Part shown: piece after piece, positions 10,991 to 21,122 of the stretch
Position numbering within the stretch: position 1 is the first letter of the stretch
How the letters are laid out: every line of letters begins with the position of its first letter
Assembly: GCA_030950485.1 (NCBI GenBank)
Contig: JAUZRK010000015.1
Coordinates: 2,010-66,009 of the forward strand
Source of the DNA: Candidatus Dojkabacteria bacterium
Lineage (GTDB): Bacteria > Patescibacteriota > Dojkabacteria > J137
Length of the DNA stretch: 64,000 nucleotides
Direction of reading: 5' to 3'
Notes under the pieces: model-generated
What the model saw: the letters and a program-made list of their open reading frames with translations, nothing else
Databases searched by the model: none
What the model was told of the DNA's origin: nothing
Made by a program: the position numbers and the translations under genes

Positions 10991-11013
10991 CCTCCAGAAA
11001 TGGAGGTTTTTTT
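10991..11013 (+). terminator. Rho-independent terminator
   Basis: CCTCCAGAAATGGAGG hairpin followed by T7. Nearly identical to the element at 12028. Confidence 0.6.
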
Positions 11014-11018
11014 GTCTT

Positions 11019-11819
11019 ATGTCACAAAATATAGATAACAGCTCACAATCAGGGAATATACAAGAGACGATAAAAGACTTGTATGTTTCTAGGTATGAAG
11101 CAGGTGCTACAGAAGAAAGTCCGGAGGAAAGTAGAACAGAAATGGCTGCAAATGTTATTACTAAAATCATCGCACATTTTGATCAGCAAGATGCAGAGGA
11201 TATGTATATAGCAGACTTAGCTGCTGGACCAGCTTCAGTTGAAAGAGAGATATTTAAAGTCATCCAGAAGGGAGAAATTAGATATGCTAGTGAGGCAGAT
11301 TTTAATAAGCTATATGCAGCTATTGGAAGAGTACATTTTTATACATATGATATCGCTGGAGATCCAAAGGATCCGCAATTTATGGACATGGCTCAAATAT
11401 TAGATATAAACCATACTGTAGGTGATTTGACTACTTGTGAATTACCAGCACAACAATTTGATTTAGTAATATCTAACCTTGGTGTAGATTTAATACCTGA
11501 AAGAGATTTAGCTTTAAGAAACGCTTTACAAAGCGCAAAGCCAGATGCAGAATTTATCTTTCACTTTCATCATAGACAAATTGCTAAAAATATAATTGAA
11601 CAAGGTGGTATGACTAATGATTGTATGGACGCAATGAACTATATTAACGAGAGCAATCATTACTTTTCTGATATTGAGAGCATTAGGGTATATTTACAAA
11701 ACTTAGGTTTTGATGTTCACTTTCTTTTTGTAGGAGTTGAAACCGTAGAAGACCCTAGGGTACATAACGGACCTTTAGATAGGTGGTGGATAATTAAAGC
11801 TAAAAAGAGTCTGAGGTAA
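11019..11819 (+). CDS. Hypothetical protein, possibly a class I SAM-dependent methyltransferase
   Basis: Weak motif I (DLAAGPA) and motif II (FDLVISNLG). GC is higher than the flanks. Confidence 0.35.
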   Translation: MSQNIDNSSQSGNIQETIKDLYVSRYEAGATEESPEESRTEMAANVITKIIAHFDQQDAEDMYIADLAAGPASVEREIFKVIQKGEIRYASEADFNKLYAAIGRVHFYTYDIAGDPKDPQFMDMAQILDINHTVGDLTTCELPAQQFDLVISNLGVDLIPERDLALRNALQSAKPDAEFIFHFHHRQIAKNIIEQGGMTNDCMDAMNYINESNHYFSDIESIRVYLQNLGFDVHFLFVGVETVEDPRVHNGPLDRWWIIKAKKSLR

Positions 11820-12027
11820 TAGATGTATATACTGAAGCATAATTTTTTTATTGAATAATATTTAATATTTTGTATAATTGTGACATTGTTTTAAAATAAC
11901 AATTAAAAAAATGAATATAGCTTTAGTAACAATTTCTCTCATTATTATTAGCACAATTATTATTATTGTGAACACTAATCTGTGGGAGGAGTCAGCTAGA
12001 TAAGCTATAAATTAAATATAATTTAAA

Positions 12028-12051
12028 CCTCCCAGAAATGGGAGGTTTTTT
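12028..12051 (+). terminator. Rho-independent terminator
   Basis: CCTCCCAGAAATGGGAGG hairpin followed by T6. Confidence 0.6.
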
Positions 12052-12077
12052 ATTACTTAAATTTTAAAATATAACAA

Positions 12078-13178
12078 ATGAAAGAACTGCTTTTTGATTT
12101 ACTAAAATTCGAATCTACTGAAGAAAAACCTTCTAAACTCTATGGAATAGTTGACCATCTGGATATGTATTTCAACGAGATTAATGTAACAACAAGGATG
12201 TATGAAAAAAATAAGAAGCCATCCTTTGTTGTAACAACAAAATTTACTAAATCACCAAAAATTTTTCTAAGTGGTCATTTAGATGTAGTTCCAGCTGATT
12301 ATGATAAAGCTTTTGAACCATATGAAAAAGATGGGAAGATCTATGCAAGAGGTACTAGTGATATGAAAGGTGTAGATGCTGCTATGATTACCGCAGTAAA
12401 GGAACTTGTTGAGGAGGGAGCAGATGTAGACGTAGGATTAATGTTGACAACTGATGAGGAAGTAGGAGGATTTGATGGTACTAACTATTTATTAGAAGAA
12501 CAAGGATATTCTTCTGAGGTCGTATTTTTACCGGATGGAGGTGAAGCTAATTGGAATGTTTGTCTTGGCGAAAAAGGAATATTTTTTGTTGAGTTAGAAT
12601 CTGAGAGTAGCGGAGGGCATGGATCTAGGCCGTGGGAAGTAGAAAATCCACTTAATAATTGCTGGAAAGTTTATAAAGAAATTCGAGATATATTCAGAGA
12701 AAAGTGGGGCAGAATCTCAAAAGAAGACAATTGGAAACCAACAATAAATTTAAGCTCTTTGCATGGTGGGGATTCATTTAACAAAGTACCTAATAAAGCA
12801 GTTATGAAACTAGATATAAGATTCCCTGCTAATACGCTAACCGATAGTCTTATGGATGAACTTTTAAAGAACGCATGTAATAAATATAACATTACATATA
12901 AATACGTACTTACCGCTAGTCCTGCTAGTATAGATAAGGATAACCAATATATCAAAAGGTGGGTTGAAGTGTCTAGATCTGCTATAGGTTCTGAACCACA
13001 ATTTTATAATACTCATGGAGGCTCAGATGGTAGATTTTTTGGGGCTAAAGGCATACCTATGTTATGTGTTAAGCCAAATGCTTCTTCAATGCATGTAGTT
13101 AATGAATGGATTGATTACGAAGACCTTATAAGGTTTAAGGATGTTTTAAAACAATGGATTTTAGATTCACATAAATAA
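12078..13178 (+). CDS. M20 family metallopeptidase (ArgE/DapE/CPG2-like)
   Basis: HLDVVPA..GTSDMKG metal-binding motifs. A dimerisation lid and a C-terminal H are also present. Confidence 0.7.
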   Translation: MKELLFDLLKFESTEEKPSKLYGIVDHLDMYFNEINVTTRMYEKNKKPSFVVTTKFTKSPKIFLSGHLDVVPADYDKAFEPYEKDGKIYARGTSDMKGVDAAMITAVKELVEEGADVDVGLMLTTDEEVGGFDGTNYLLEEQGYSSEVVFLPDGGEANWNVCLGEKGIFFVELESESSGGHGSRPWEVENPLNNCWKVYKEIRDIFREKWGRISKEDNWKPTINLSSLHGGDSFNKVPNKAVMKLDIRFPANTLTDSLMDELLKNACNKYNITYKYVLTASPASIDKDNQYIKRWVEVSRSAIGSEPQFYNTHGGSDGRFFGAKGIPMLCVKPNASSMHVVNEWIDYEDLIRFKDVLKQWILDSHK

Positions 13179-13195
13179 AACTTTAATTAAAAACT

Positions 13196-15565
13196 ATGGC
13201 AAATAATGCTGTAACTGAAGATACAGTTGATACAAAGAATAATAAGAAAGACTCTGAGGTAATTTCTTTAGATGATATATGTACAAATGAGGTTATTGAT
13301 AGGTTCGAAGGAATTAAAGACATAGTTGAAGTAACTGATAGGATTGGAGATGAACTTGATCTAACTCAAGACCAAAGACTTGGAAATGTATATTTAGTAA
13401 CCGATACCGAAGAAAGAAGATATGTGATGGTTGCTCCAGCTGCTAAGTGGCGAAGATTGGTTATGAAGGAAGAGGAAACTGGTAGAGTCACGTCTGTAAA
13501 CTCAAGAAATGTTGATGACCCTCATATAATGGTGAGCGAACTTCAAATATTAGCGTTATCCCCACTTTCAAGTCCAGAGTTTAGAAGAATAATATATGAT
13601 CTTGAGAGTATAAATGAAGACTTTAATTGTTGGGAGGCTAAAATATTAGAAAATGAAAAAAGAAGAAATTCAATGACTTCTGCTGATCAACTAAATAAGG
13701 CTGAAGAAGGATATTTAGGAATAGGTATAGAAGTTGAAATATCTATTGAGTATGCAATGAGGGAAATGCAAAGGAAATTAGACGGGTTGAGAGAGGACGT
13801 TATGTTGGTTGACCCAAGTCAAATGTCTACAGGTGATCCACTCTACAGAGAAAAACTTGAACTATTTTTAAATACAATTCAAGATGGTGTTCAAGAATTA
13901 TCAAAAGCTCAAAGAGAACTCTCTTCTCCAGGACCTGTAGCATCTATTTCTCAATTAACTGATGCTTATATGCAAATAATGTTGAAGATTAGAAATGAGG
14001 CTCATACTGGGGACTTAATAAATGTTTCATCAGTTCATCAATCTGGTATGGACCTAGATAATCCTATTAATACTACTTTAAACGCATCAGACTCTAGCTT
14101 TGGTAGTTATGTAGAAAATGTTGCAGGAAATCTGTTTAAATATTTTATAGATCCTTTTTTAGAAGATATGCCTGATCAAGTTAGGGACGCCTGGGAACAA
14201 ATAATAGGTGAAGAAAATGAGTTAGGAAAGTATGTTGAACAATATACAGATATGAGGTTTTGGATAATGAATTCATTCCATACGTCTCATTCAATGACAA
14301 CTTCAAAAGAAGAAGGCTATGTGTCAGATAGTGCTGCTAGAAATATAGCAAGAATTACAGCCTTATTTGCGCCAATGCTAGATGCGCTTAATTATTCTTC
14401 AAACTCAATGTTTGGGAAAACAGTAAGGATTGAGGGTGAAGCAGTTCATGATGTAAGGGCGTTGGCTAGAAACATAATACCTTCTTCTATGTATGGACCT
14501 GTATTGGCAGCTGATACCTCATTATTGACTCAAATGGTAAAGCATGTACTTACTGGTGTAACAAATGTAGCTGACAGGGGATTTGTTGAAACTGTAACTA
14601 GAGGTGGAGAAACTTTACCACAACAGCATGGGTTTCTAAGAGGAAGATTTACAATAGGAATAGATAAGGCATTTGGAGAAAATTATAATAAGAGTACTCC
14701 ATCTAATAGAATAGGGAATATTGCTAGAGTAGAAAGAACAGGTGGGTCAGCAACTCCATATGAAATTCCATATAGGGATGGTACTGCTATTTTTGACTTA
14801 CTAAAACAGGCTGGTCTTAAAGCAGACGAGGAGGGGAATGATGTAATCGCTTGGGTCATAGATAGGGTTAGCGATTTTGAAGAAAAGTTTGGAAATTTAA
14901 ATTTAGATCCAAATACAGATGAGTTCTTTGAAGAAATGGTGAAAACTTTAAGAGGTGAATTTAATATCGGTAAGCTCGAGTTATTAGAAGAAATTATAGA
15001 TGTAGTAGAATTAGAGATGATAGAAAGGGTAAGTAGACAAGGATTAAGTAATGATCAAAAGAATAGGCTAGTAGAGATCGCAGCAAGCTATGGGCTTGAC
15101 TTACCATTTGAGTTTACTGAAGAGTTCATAGGAAGGAGGTATGAGAATAATCAGTATAAGCAGATATTTCTTATTGCTGGTAGGGAATGGTTAGATCCAA
15201 GCTTAAGAGGAACAATTACAGCTAGTCGAGAAGGTATTCAGATTTATTACAACACTATAGATTTGATGTTAGAATATCAACAGTTACTGCAGAAAGAGCC
15301 TGAAAACAGACCTAATGGAATACTTAAGTTTAGACGAATGCTAGAGAGACCTGTAAGCTGGGGCGCATTTATTTATACTTTAGATGAAGCAGATATACGT
15401 CAGATTTTGTTTTATCTTGAAGTTGATGTTAGTATGACTGATAGTATAGAGACCTTAAAACAGAAACTGACTTACTCTTTCTGGTTCAACAGAGTAGGAC
15501 ATTATGAAGCTGATGTAGAGGAAGTAGAAATTCAGAAAACTCAAGTTGTCTCTATAGAAGGATAA
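13196..15565 (+). CDS. Large hypothetical protein (789 aa), compositionally atypical (R/G/A-richer)
   Basis: Long intact ORF at about 40% GC versus about 33% in the flanks. No recognised domain. Confidence 0.5.
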   Translation: MANNAVTEDTVDTKNNKKDSEVISLDDICTNEVIDRFEGIKDIVEVTDRIGDELDLTQDQRLGNVYLVTDTEERRYVMVAPAAKWRRLVMKEEETGRVTSVNSRNVDDPHIMVSELQILALSPLSSPEFRRIIYDLESINEDFNCWEAKILENEKRRNSMTSADQLNKAEEGYLGIGIEVEISIEYAMREMQRKLDGLREDVMLVDPSQMSTGDPLYREKLELFLNTIQDGVQELSKAQRELSSPGPVASISQLTDAYMQIMLKIRNEAHTGDLINVSSVHQSGMDLDNPINTTLNASDSSFGSYVENVAGNLFKYFIDPFLEDMPDQVRDAWEQIIGEENELGKYVEQYTDMRFWIMNSFHTSHSMTTSKEEGYVSDSAARNIARITALFAPMLDALNYSSNSMFGKTVRIEGEAVHDVRALARNIIPSSMYGPVLAADTSLLTQMVKHVLTGVTNVADRGFVETVTRGGETLPQQHGFLRGRFTIGIDKAFGENYNKSTPSNRIGNIARVERTGGSATPYEIPYRDGTAIFDLLKQAGLKADEEGNDVIAWVIDRVSDFEEKFGNLNLDPNTDEFFEEMVKTLRGEFNIGKLELLEEIIDVVELEMIERVSRQGLSNDQKNRLVEIAASYGLDLPFEFTEEFIGRRYENNQYKQIFLIAGREWLDPSLRGTITASREGIQIYYNTIDLMLEYQQLLQKEPENRPNGILKFRRMLERPVSWGAFIYTLDEADIRQILFYLEVDVSMTDSIETLKQKLTYSFWFNRVGHYEADVEEVEIQKTQVVSIEG

Positions 15566-15669
15566 ACTCTTCAATAAATTTTAATAGTAACTTAGATACT
15601 TTGTTTAAGTTACTTTTTTGTAACATTAGATCCTTCCTAACTTCAATCACAGTTGACTTGCTTTTAGCC

Positions 15670-16080
15670 TTAAAAGCCACCTTTATCCACGCTATTACAA
15701 AATGTACCTAACGATGAGCCAAGCATCTTATAGGCAGTGTCTATATTTAACATATTCGTATCATTATAAATTGAATCAGAAATGTTATTAAAAATAGTTT
15801 GTAACTTCCCCATATCATAAATATTCAAAAGTTCGCCTTTTAACTTCTTTTGATTTTTATGATATATCCCTGGATAAGTGTCATATTCATTCATAATCAT
15901 AAAAGGTGTTCTCTCAGTAGATGTATCTAAACCTTTATAAGCAGAATAGGGTGCTTTTACATCGTAAGTATGGAAGTGTACAATTCTGTTTACATCTCCA
16001 TTTTCTAAGAATTCTTTTAAATCATTTATCCATGGGTCTAATAATAACTCTCCCAGTTGATTCATTTCACCTTGGCTCAT
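15670..16080 (-). CDS. Hypothetical protein
   Basis: 136-aa ORF. Its start lies 4 nt after the stop of the upstream ORF, in a different frame. Confidence 0.35.
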   Translation of the reverse strand: MSQGEMNQLGELLLDPWINDLKEFLENGDVNRIVHFHTYDVKAPYSAYKGLDTSTERTPFMIMNEYDTYPGIYHKNQKKLKGELLNIYDMGKLQTIFNNISDSIYNDTNMLNIDTAYKMLGSSLGTFCNSVDKGGF

Positions 16081-16084
16081 ATCT

Positions 16085-16471
16085 CTATAAAGCTCTATTA
16101 GAATCGACTAATGATCTATGTATGTTAAAAAAGCCAACTGCCCAATCTAAATTATTGTCCTCAATATGTTTAAGTAATATTCCTATAAAGGCACTTAATC
16201 CAATATCCCTAGTTTCAACTCTTGATAGAGCGTCAGTTAATTCTTCTTCAGTTTGCAGATTTAAATATAGTAATACTGGCTTAGGTATTCTGTATCCTGA
16301 ATGGGGAAAGATTAATAAAGTTTTTGGGTTTTTAATAAATTTTAATTTTAGGATTCTTCCAAACGATTCACTTAAATCTTCGAAGTTATCGGAAACTTTG
16401 AAATCATCTAAATAGCCAAGATATTCAGAGTTAGTTTTTAGTACTTTCTGTTCAATTTTTTGTAAGTTCAT
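16085..16471 (-). CDS. Hypothetical protein
   Basis: 128-aa ORF. Possibly the N-terminal half of a split gene together with 15670..16080. Confidence 0.35.
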   Translation of the reverse strand: MNLQKIEQKVLKTNSEYLGYLDDFKVSDNFEDLSESFGRILKLKFIKNPKTLLIFPHSGYRIPKPVLLYLNLQTEEELTDALSRVETRDIGLSAFIGILLKHIEDNNLDWAVGFFNIHRSLVDSNRAL

Positions 16472-16506
16472 AAGGGTATTATATGAAGAATAGGGGAAAG
16501 TTAAAA

Positions 16507-16543
16507 GTCAAAAGTCAAAACTCAAAACTCAAAACTCAAAACT
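16507..16543. repeat. Heptanucleotide tandem repeat (GTCAAAA x2, CTCAAAA x3.3)
   Basis: Directly read. Lies 36-72 bp upstream of the start codon at 16471 and just 3' of rnpB. Confidence 0.9.
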
Positions 16544-16642
16544 ATTCTTACTACAAGTTACGATAAACTAAAGCATAATTACAAATTATAGAATCATTTG
16601 TGCAATCAACTATTTATTTGTAACTATGCCTGGTTTATTTTT

Positions 16643-17010
16643 TTATCCATTCAATAAGCCGAATCCTGTCTCCCGATAAATCGGGATGGAAATCATCTAT
16701 CTATGCGTTGGTTAAATCAACTTGCTCTAGGTAGGGGTTACCAGCACTCTTTTGTTACCAGAAGAGCCGGTGGTCTCTTACACCACCATTTCACCATCAC
16801 CATATACCAAGGTACATGGCAGTATTTTTCTGTTGCCCTCTTAGATTCCTCGATGAGTTTATACCCTAAGATTGCTCCCAGCCTCTTTTTCTACTAAGCA
16901 TAAAGCAAGTAGACTTTAAGGTACCTATCCCGTTATCTATAAGACATACGGGACCGAAATAGAGTTCAGACTTTCCTCTCAATTTAAATTTTTAAACGAG
17001 CGATTTCCTA
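16643..17010 (-). ncRNA. rnpB: RNase P RNA, bacterial type A
   Basis: On the minus strand: GAGGAAAGUCUGAAC (CR-I/P4), GGUGAAAUGGUGGUGUAAGAGACCACC (CR-II/III, P10-P12), ACAGGAUUCGGCUUAU (CR-V/P4). A 10-bp P1 stem UUAUCCAUUC/GAAUGGAUAA closes the molecule. About 368 nt. Confidence 0.8.
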
Positions 17011-17373
17011 GAATGGATAAGGTTATTATATCATTTTTATTGTTTGGGGTTGGTAAGATTACTGATAGCTTTTAAATGTTTCGTAGCAAGATACAACTAT
17101 GATTCAGTTTTCTAGTGTAGTGTCGAGTGCCTGAAGCGGAGCGGAAGGTGTCTAAACGGAGTAAAAGTGAAAGGAGTCAGGAGTTGAATGAACTTTGTTA
17201 ATGTTAAGCTATTCTCAAAAGATTTTGGAACAGGTGACAATCCTGTTTCAGCTTGAGAAAAAATATAATTAAGGATCTGAGGAAATCAGTTAGATCTGTG
17301 TTCTATTGTGTTCAGTTCTACTCTAGTGTTAACCCTGAATCACGCTTCGTTGTTCAGGGATTCTTGAACCAAA

Positions 17374-18030
17374 TCAACTAAACCTAGATGGAATAAAGAA
17401 CTTGATGATTTTATCTAACATATCAAGAGGGTATTCAAAAACTGTATACTTTAAATCTTCCTTTAAAGCCTCAGCACGAGCTACTTCAACTTCATCTAGA
17501 TCTAGCATATCTCTAGCATTTTTATGAACTTCTCTTAATGCTAGCTCAAACATACTATATGCGATTAATGAAATCAGTATACTAAGTGTCTGAATAGCTA
17601 TCGCTATATAGATCAATATATTTTGAAACCCTGAGGGGATAAATGACACTCCAAAAAAAACTAGCTCTATAAAAAATAGAAAGTTCTGAAGAGTTGAAAG
17701 ATCTCTTAATTTATTATGTTTTTTCTTTGTAAGTTCAAGTTGAAATAGTAAATAATAATTAGTAAAAAGATCGAATAGATATATTTTATTTCTATTTATT
17801 ACAATGAACTCCTCCATAGCGTAGGCAGGTAGCTCAATTTCTTCATGAACTCTTAAATTCACCTTTCCATGAACTCTAGAGTAATTCTCTAAAATAGTTG
17901 CAGCTTCTATTTGGCTACTTAAAGGGAATGAATAAGTTTTAATAAGTCCCTTTCGAACTATTAGTGCGAATAATCCACTGACTAGTTGGATTAGTATTAA
18001 AATCGCGAATATTGCTATAAATATTATCAT
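17374..18030 (-). CDS. Hypothetical multi-pass membrane protein
   Basis: 218-aa ORF with N-terminal and central TM helices. Confidence 0.4.
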   Translation of the reverse strand: MIIFIAIFAILILIQLVSGLFALIVRKGLIKTYSFPLSSQIEAATILENYSRVHGKVNLRVHEEIELPAYAMEEFIVINRNKIYLFDLFTNYYLLFQLELTKKKHNKLRDLSTLQNFLFFIELVFFGVSFIPSGFQNILIYIAIAIQTLSILISLIAYSMFELALREVHKNARDMLDLDEVEVARAEALKEDLKYTVFEYPLDMLDKIIKFFIPSRFS

Positions 18031-18081
18031 GGTATCATTTTATAGGTTCGTAACTTAACTAACAAGAACTAAACTTCTAAA

Positions 18082-18796
18082 ATGAATAAATCTCTAATAA
18101 TTAAAGAACTTAAATCATATTCAGATAAAGAATCATCAAAGACATCTGAGATTTTTTTATAAAGCATTCAAAGGCGGATACGGCGAGGGTGATAAGTTTA
18201 TAGGAGGTTTAACTGTTCCACTACAAAGAAAAATAGCGGAGAAATATTACAAAGATCTTACTTTGGAAGATATTGCTGAAATGTTAAATTCAAAATTTCA
18301 TGAAATAAGATTTACTGCGACCGAGCTACTAAAATTTAAATATAATTCTAGTAAAGAGATTACTGAAAAGGAGAAGTTAGTAAAATTTTATTTAAAGAAT
18401 TTAGATGGGATAAATAATTGGGATATAGTTGATAATTCTTGCTATAAGATTCTTGGTGATTATTTAGAAAAGAAAAATGATATAAGTATTTTATTAAAGC
18501 TTTCGGAAAGTAAGATTATGTGGGAGCAGAGGATTGCTATGGTTTCGACAATGGCGTTTATAAGAAATAACAAATTAGAGCCGACTTATCAGTTAGCTGA
18601 AATTTTAGTTAATCATAAACATGATTTAATGCATAAAGCAGTGGGATGGTTAATAAGAGAGGCTGGTAAGAGAGATATATCTAGGCTAAGAAATTTTTTA
18701 GATAAACATTATAAAACTATGCCAAGAACTGCTTTAAGATACGCGATTGAGAAGATGGGCAAAGAAGAAAGAGATAAATATCTTGGACGAAGCTAG
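18082..18796 (+). pseudogene. DNA alkylation repair enzyme (AlkD/HEAT-like repeat family) with a frameshift at a T7 run
   Basis: ATG at 18082 gives MNKSLIIKELKSYSDKESSKTSEIFL*. A shift at T7 (18152..18158) continues YKAFKGGYGEGDKFIGGLTVPLQRKIAEKYY...WLIREAGKRD, which matches the family. The ORF caller reports only 18263..18796. Confidence 0.55.
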
Positions 18797-18834
18797 TACT
18801 TACTTAATATAACGGTTCTTGATAAAATGTCGTT

Positions 18835-19362
18835 ATGAATAAAAAGAAATTTATCTATATAGTCCTTAGTTCGATCTTTATCTTTATGTTTGTAGTTATA
18901 CTATTTAGAGATGAGGCTTCGGCTCCGGTTATTGATGAAGTTGATATTCCTGAAGAAATAACTGATGAAACGCCTAGGTCTGCTTTTGATTTAATAAATA
19001 AATGGTATAAGGATAATTACGGAACCGTTTCTATACCGACTTTTATAGAATTAGAAGGTAGCATTTATAGCATTGATCTAGAAAAGGATAGCGATGTTTA
19101 TAATCTTGTTTTAAAGGATGATAAAAAAACTTTATACGAACTTAACTTTGAATCATTAGCAGAATTATATATTAATGATGCTTATCTTATCGAGGATGAG
19201 TTTATATTTTTTAATATTACTTTAGAAAAAGATTTTGAGTGTAGTGATACTGATGATAAAGAGATTTGTGTAAATTTGGCAAATAGAATATTGGGCATTT
19301 GGTATTATGATTTTACTACTGGAGAGGTTAGTAGCGTTGCGAGATTGGCGATTGTAGAGTAG
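18835..19362 (+). CDS. Hypothetical membrane-anchored/secreted protein
   Basis: N-terminal TM/signal anchor. 175 aa. Confidence 0.4.
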   Translation: MNKKKFIYIVLSSIFIFMFVVILFRDEASAPVIDEVDIPEEITDETPRSAFDLINKWYKDNYGTVSIPTFIELEGSIYSIDLEKDSDVYNLVLKDDKKTLYELNFESLAELYINDAYLIEDEFIFFNITLEKDFECSDTDDKEICVNLANRILGIWYYDFTTGEVSSVARLAIVE

Positions 19363-19387
19363 GGATAGAGATTATTTAGATGATAAA

Positions 19388-19419
19388 AGCATGAGTTTTT
19401 AGGACTCATGCTTTTTTAT
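19388..19419. terminator. Rho-independent terminator (bidirectional)
   Basis: AGCATGAGT-TTTTAGG-ACTCATGCT followed by T6. Confidence 0.65.
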
Positions 19420-19437
19420 TACTGTTTCACTAGCTGC

Positions 19438-20358
19438 CTAGAATGTTAAAGTAGAGACAAGAGTGTCTGCATCTCTTAAACTGTCAGTATCGCTAGCTTT
19501 AATACTAAATATCACAGGTAAACTAAGAGGATAGTCTCCCTCATATTTAACATTCTTTTTATTTTTACTTAACAAAGTAAGGTGAGTTTCATTAGGGACT
19601 GACTGTAGACAATATTTAACATATTCTATTCTTGTTTCGTTATAGCTACTAGGTATTAAATCTTTAGCAGAATTATAAACAGTCGCAAAATCATCATCAT
19701 TAGGAAAATAGACCCTCAAAAAGTAGCCGCTGTTGTTCTTGAATCTATACATTTTATTTTCAAGGTCTATTAAATCGTCATCATTTCTACAACTAGATAT
19801 AGCTGACCATCCAATGTTTCCAGGAATAAAGAGTAACATTTTAAGTTCTGTGTTATTTATTCTGTTTTTAAATAAAAGATAGTAATTCATTTTTGTAGAG
19901 AAATTGCCCTCTTCTCCAGAAGATTGGCTTATATCCCAGATACACTCGTAATAGGCAAAACTAAAGTTTTCTATATTAGGATTTGAATATTTAATAGCAC
20001 AATCATTTATTCTTGTAAAAGAAGCATCATCTAAAAACGCTTGTGAAAGATTTATAACCATAGCTTCACATACCTCGCTCCCGCCTTCAGTATCAAGATC
20101 ACAACTAAATAACTGATCTTCTCTTAGGTTCTCAAGAAAATCTAATTCTAGAGGCATCGCATCTGATGGCAAGAAGCTAAAGTATTCATTCTCATTATCA
20201 CTATTGTCTTTACTAATAAGCAATTGGCTTAGAAGAGCGGAGAAGAGATAAGAGACTATAAATGCTCCAATTAGCAGAACTGTTCTAGCTAAAATGATTC
20301 TTCTCCTAGTATCTAAGTGTTCTATTATGAATTTAATTTTTAATTTGATTTTCTTCAT
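19438..20358 (-). CDS. Hypothetical secreted/membrane-anchored protein
   Basis: 306 aa with an N-terminal TM helix. Confidence 0.4.
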   Translation of the reverse strand: MKKIKLKIKFIIEHLDTRRRIILARTVLLIGAFIVSYLFSALLSQLLISKDNSDNENEYFSFLPSDAMPLELDFLENLREDQLFSCDLDTEGGSEVCEAMVINLSQAFLDDASFTRINDCAIKYSNPNIENFSFAYYECIWDISQSSGEEGNFSTKMNYYLLFKNRINNTELKMLLFIPGNIGWSAISSCRNDDDLIDLENKMYRFKNNSGYFLRVYFPNDDDFATVYNSAKDLIPSSYNETRIEYVKYCLQSVPNETHLTLLSKNKKNVKYEGDYPLSLPVIFSIKASDTDSLRDADTLVSTLTF

Positions 20359-20377
20359 TAGAATTATTTCAATTGGT

Positions 20378-21067
20378 TTATCTTGCCCATTTTATAGTTT
20401 GTAAAATCTGATCTATTTCATAGTTTATAGATGGATCAAAAATTAGATCTTGTGGGTAAGAGATTTTTATCTCGTGAGTGAAATTACCTGCGGAAATTGA
20501 CCTCGTAAATTGACCAGCAAATGCATCATTAGAAGGATATGCTTCATCAATAACTATAATACTCTTATGTGAATCAGGCTTTAAAAAACTATTACTACCA
20601 TCCCCGTTCAGATTTGGAATAAGCAAATCTATCCCATCTATATTTAGGTGTCTATACATATCTACATAACCATTCTCAAGTAACCCTCCGTTCTCTAGTC
20701 CTTCAATTAATGATTTAATCTCAATTGATAAAATTACTCCATTCTTTTCTAATGTAATGACTTCTATAGTTCTGAAGTTATCACTAGTTCTTATATCTCT
20801 TCCTAGGCTCCATTCAGGTGAGGGAAATCTAACTTCAAAACTATTAACTTCAGATTTATAAAGCTTTCTATTATCAAAATTTTCCACAATAACTATATCA
20901 TTAATGTTCTCTAAATTACTTGTTGGGCTACTGGTTGGAATTGTATTATTAATGCTACTCTCGTTGTTAGGTTTATTTTCTTTATCTTCAGTTTCTAAGA
21001 AAGTAAACATTCCTAATGCAATTAATATAAGCATTAGTACTAGCAGTATTAAATATTTCCTATTCAT
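20378..21067 (-). CDS. Secreted hypothetical protein, paralog of 21123..21785
   Basis: Signal peptide. The conserved C-terminus ..IDQILQTIKWAR parallels ..IDQILLSIKWGD. Confidence 0.5.
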   Translation of the reverse strand: MNRKYLILLVLMLILIALGMFTFLETEDKENKPNNESSINNTIPTSSPTSNLENINDIVIVENFDNRKLYKSEVNSFEVRFPSPEWSLGRDIRTSDNFRTIEVITLEKNGVILSIEIKSLIEGLENGGLLENGYVDMYRHLNIDGIDLLIPNLNGDGSNSFLKPDSHKSIIVIDEAYPSNDAFAGQFTRSISAGNFTHEIKISYPQDLIFDPSINYEIDQILQTIKWAR

Positions 21068-21122
21068 AATATAAATTTAATAAACTCAGTATGTGAATTA
21101 ATTCACATACTGAGTTGTTAGT

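Noticed and set aside
16703-16897. 64-aa ORF at 16703..16897
   Set aside because: It lies entirely inside the RNase P RNA gene on the opposite strand.
17011-17373. tmRNA or SRP (4.5S) RNA in the structured region 5' of rnpB
   Set aside because: No tRNA-like 3' end with CCA, no tag-peptide reading frame, and no AGCAGCCAAGG/GGAAGGAAGCAGC domain-IV motif could be found on either strand.
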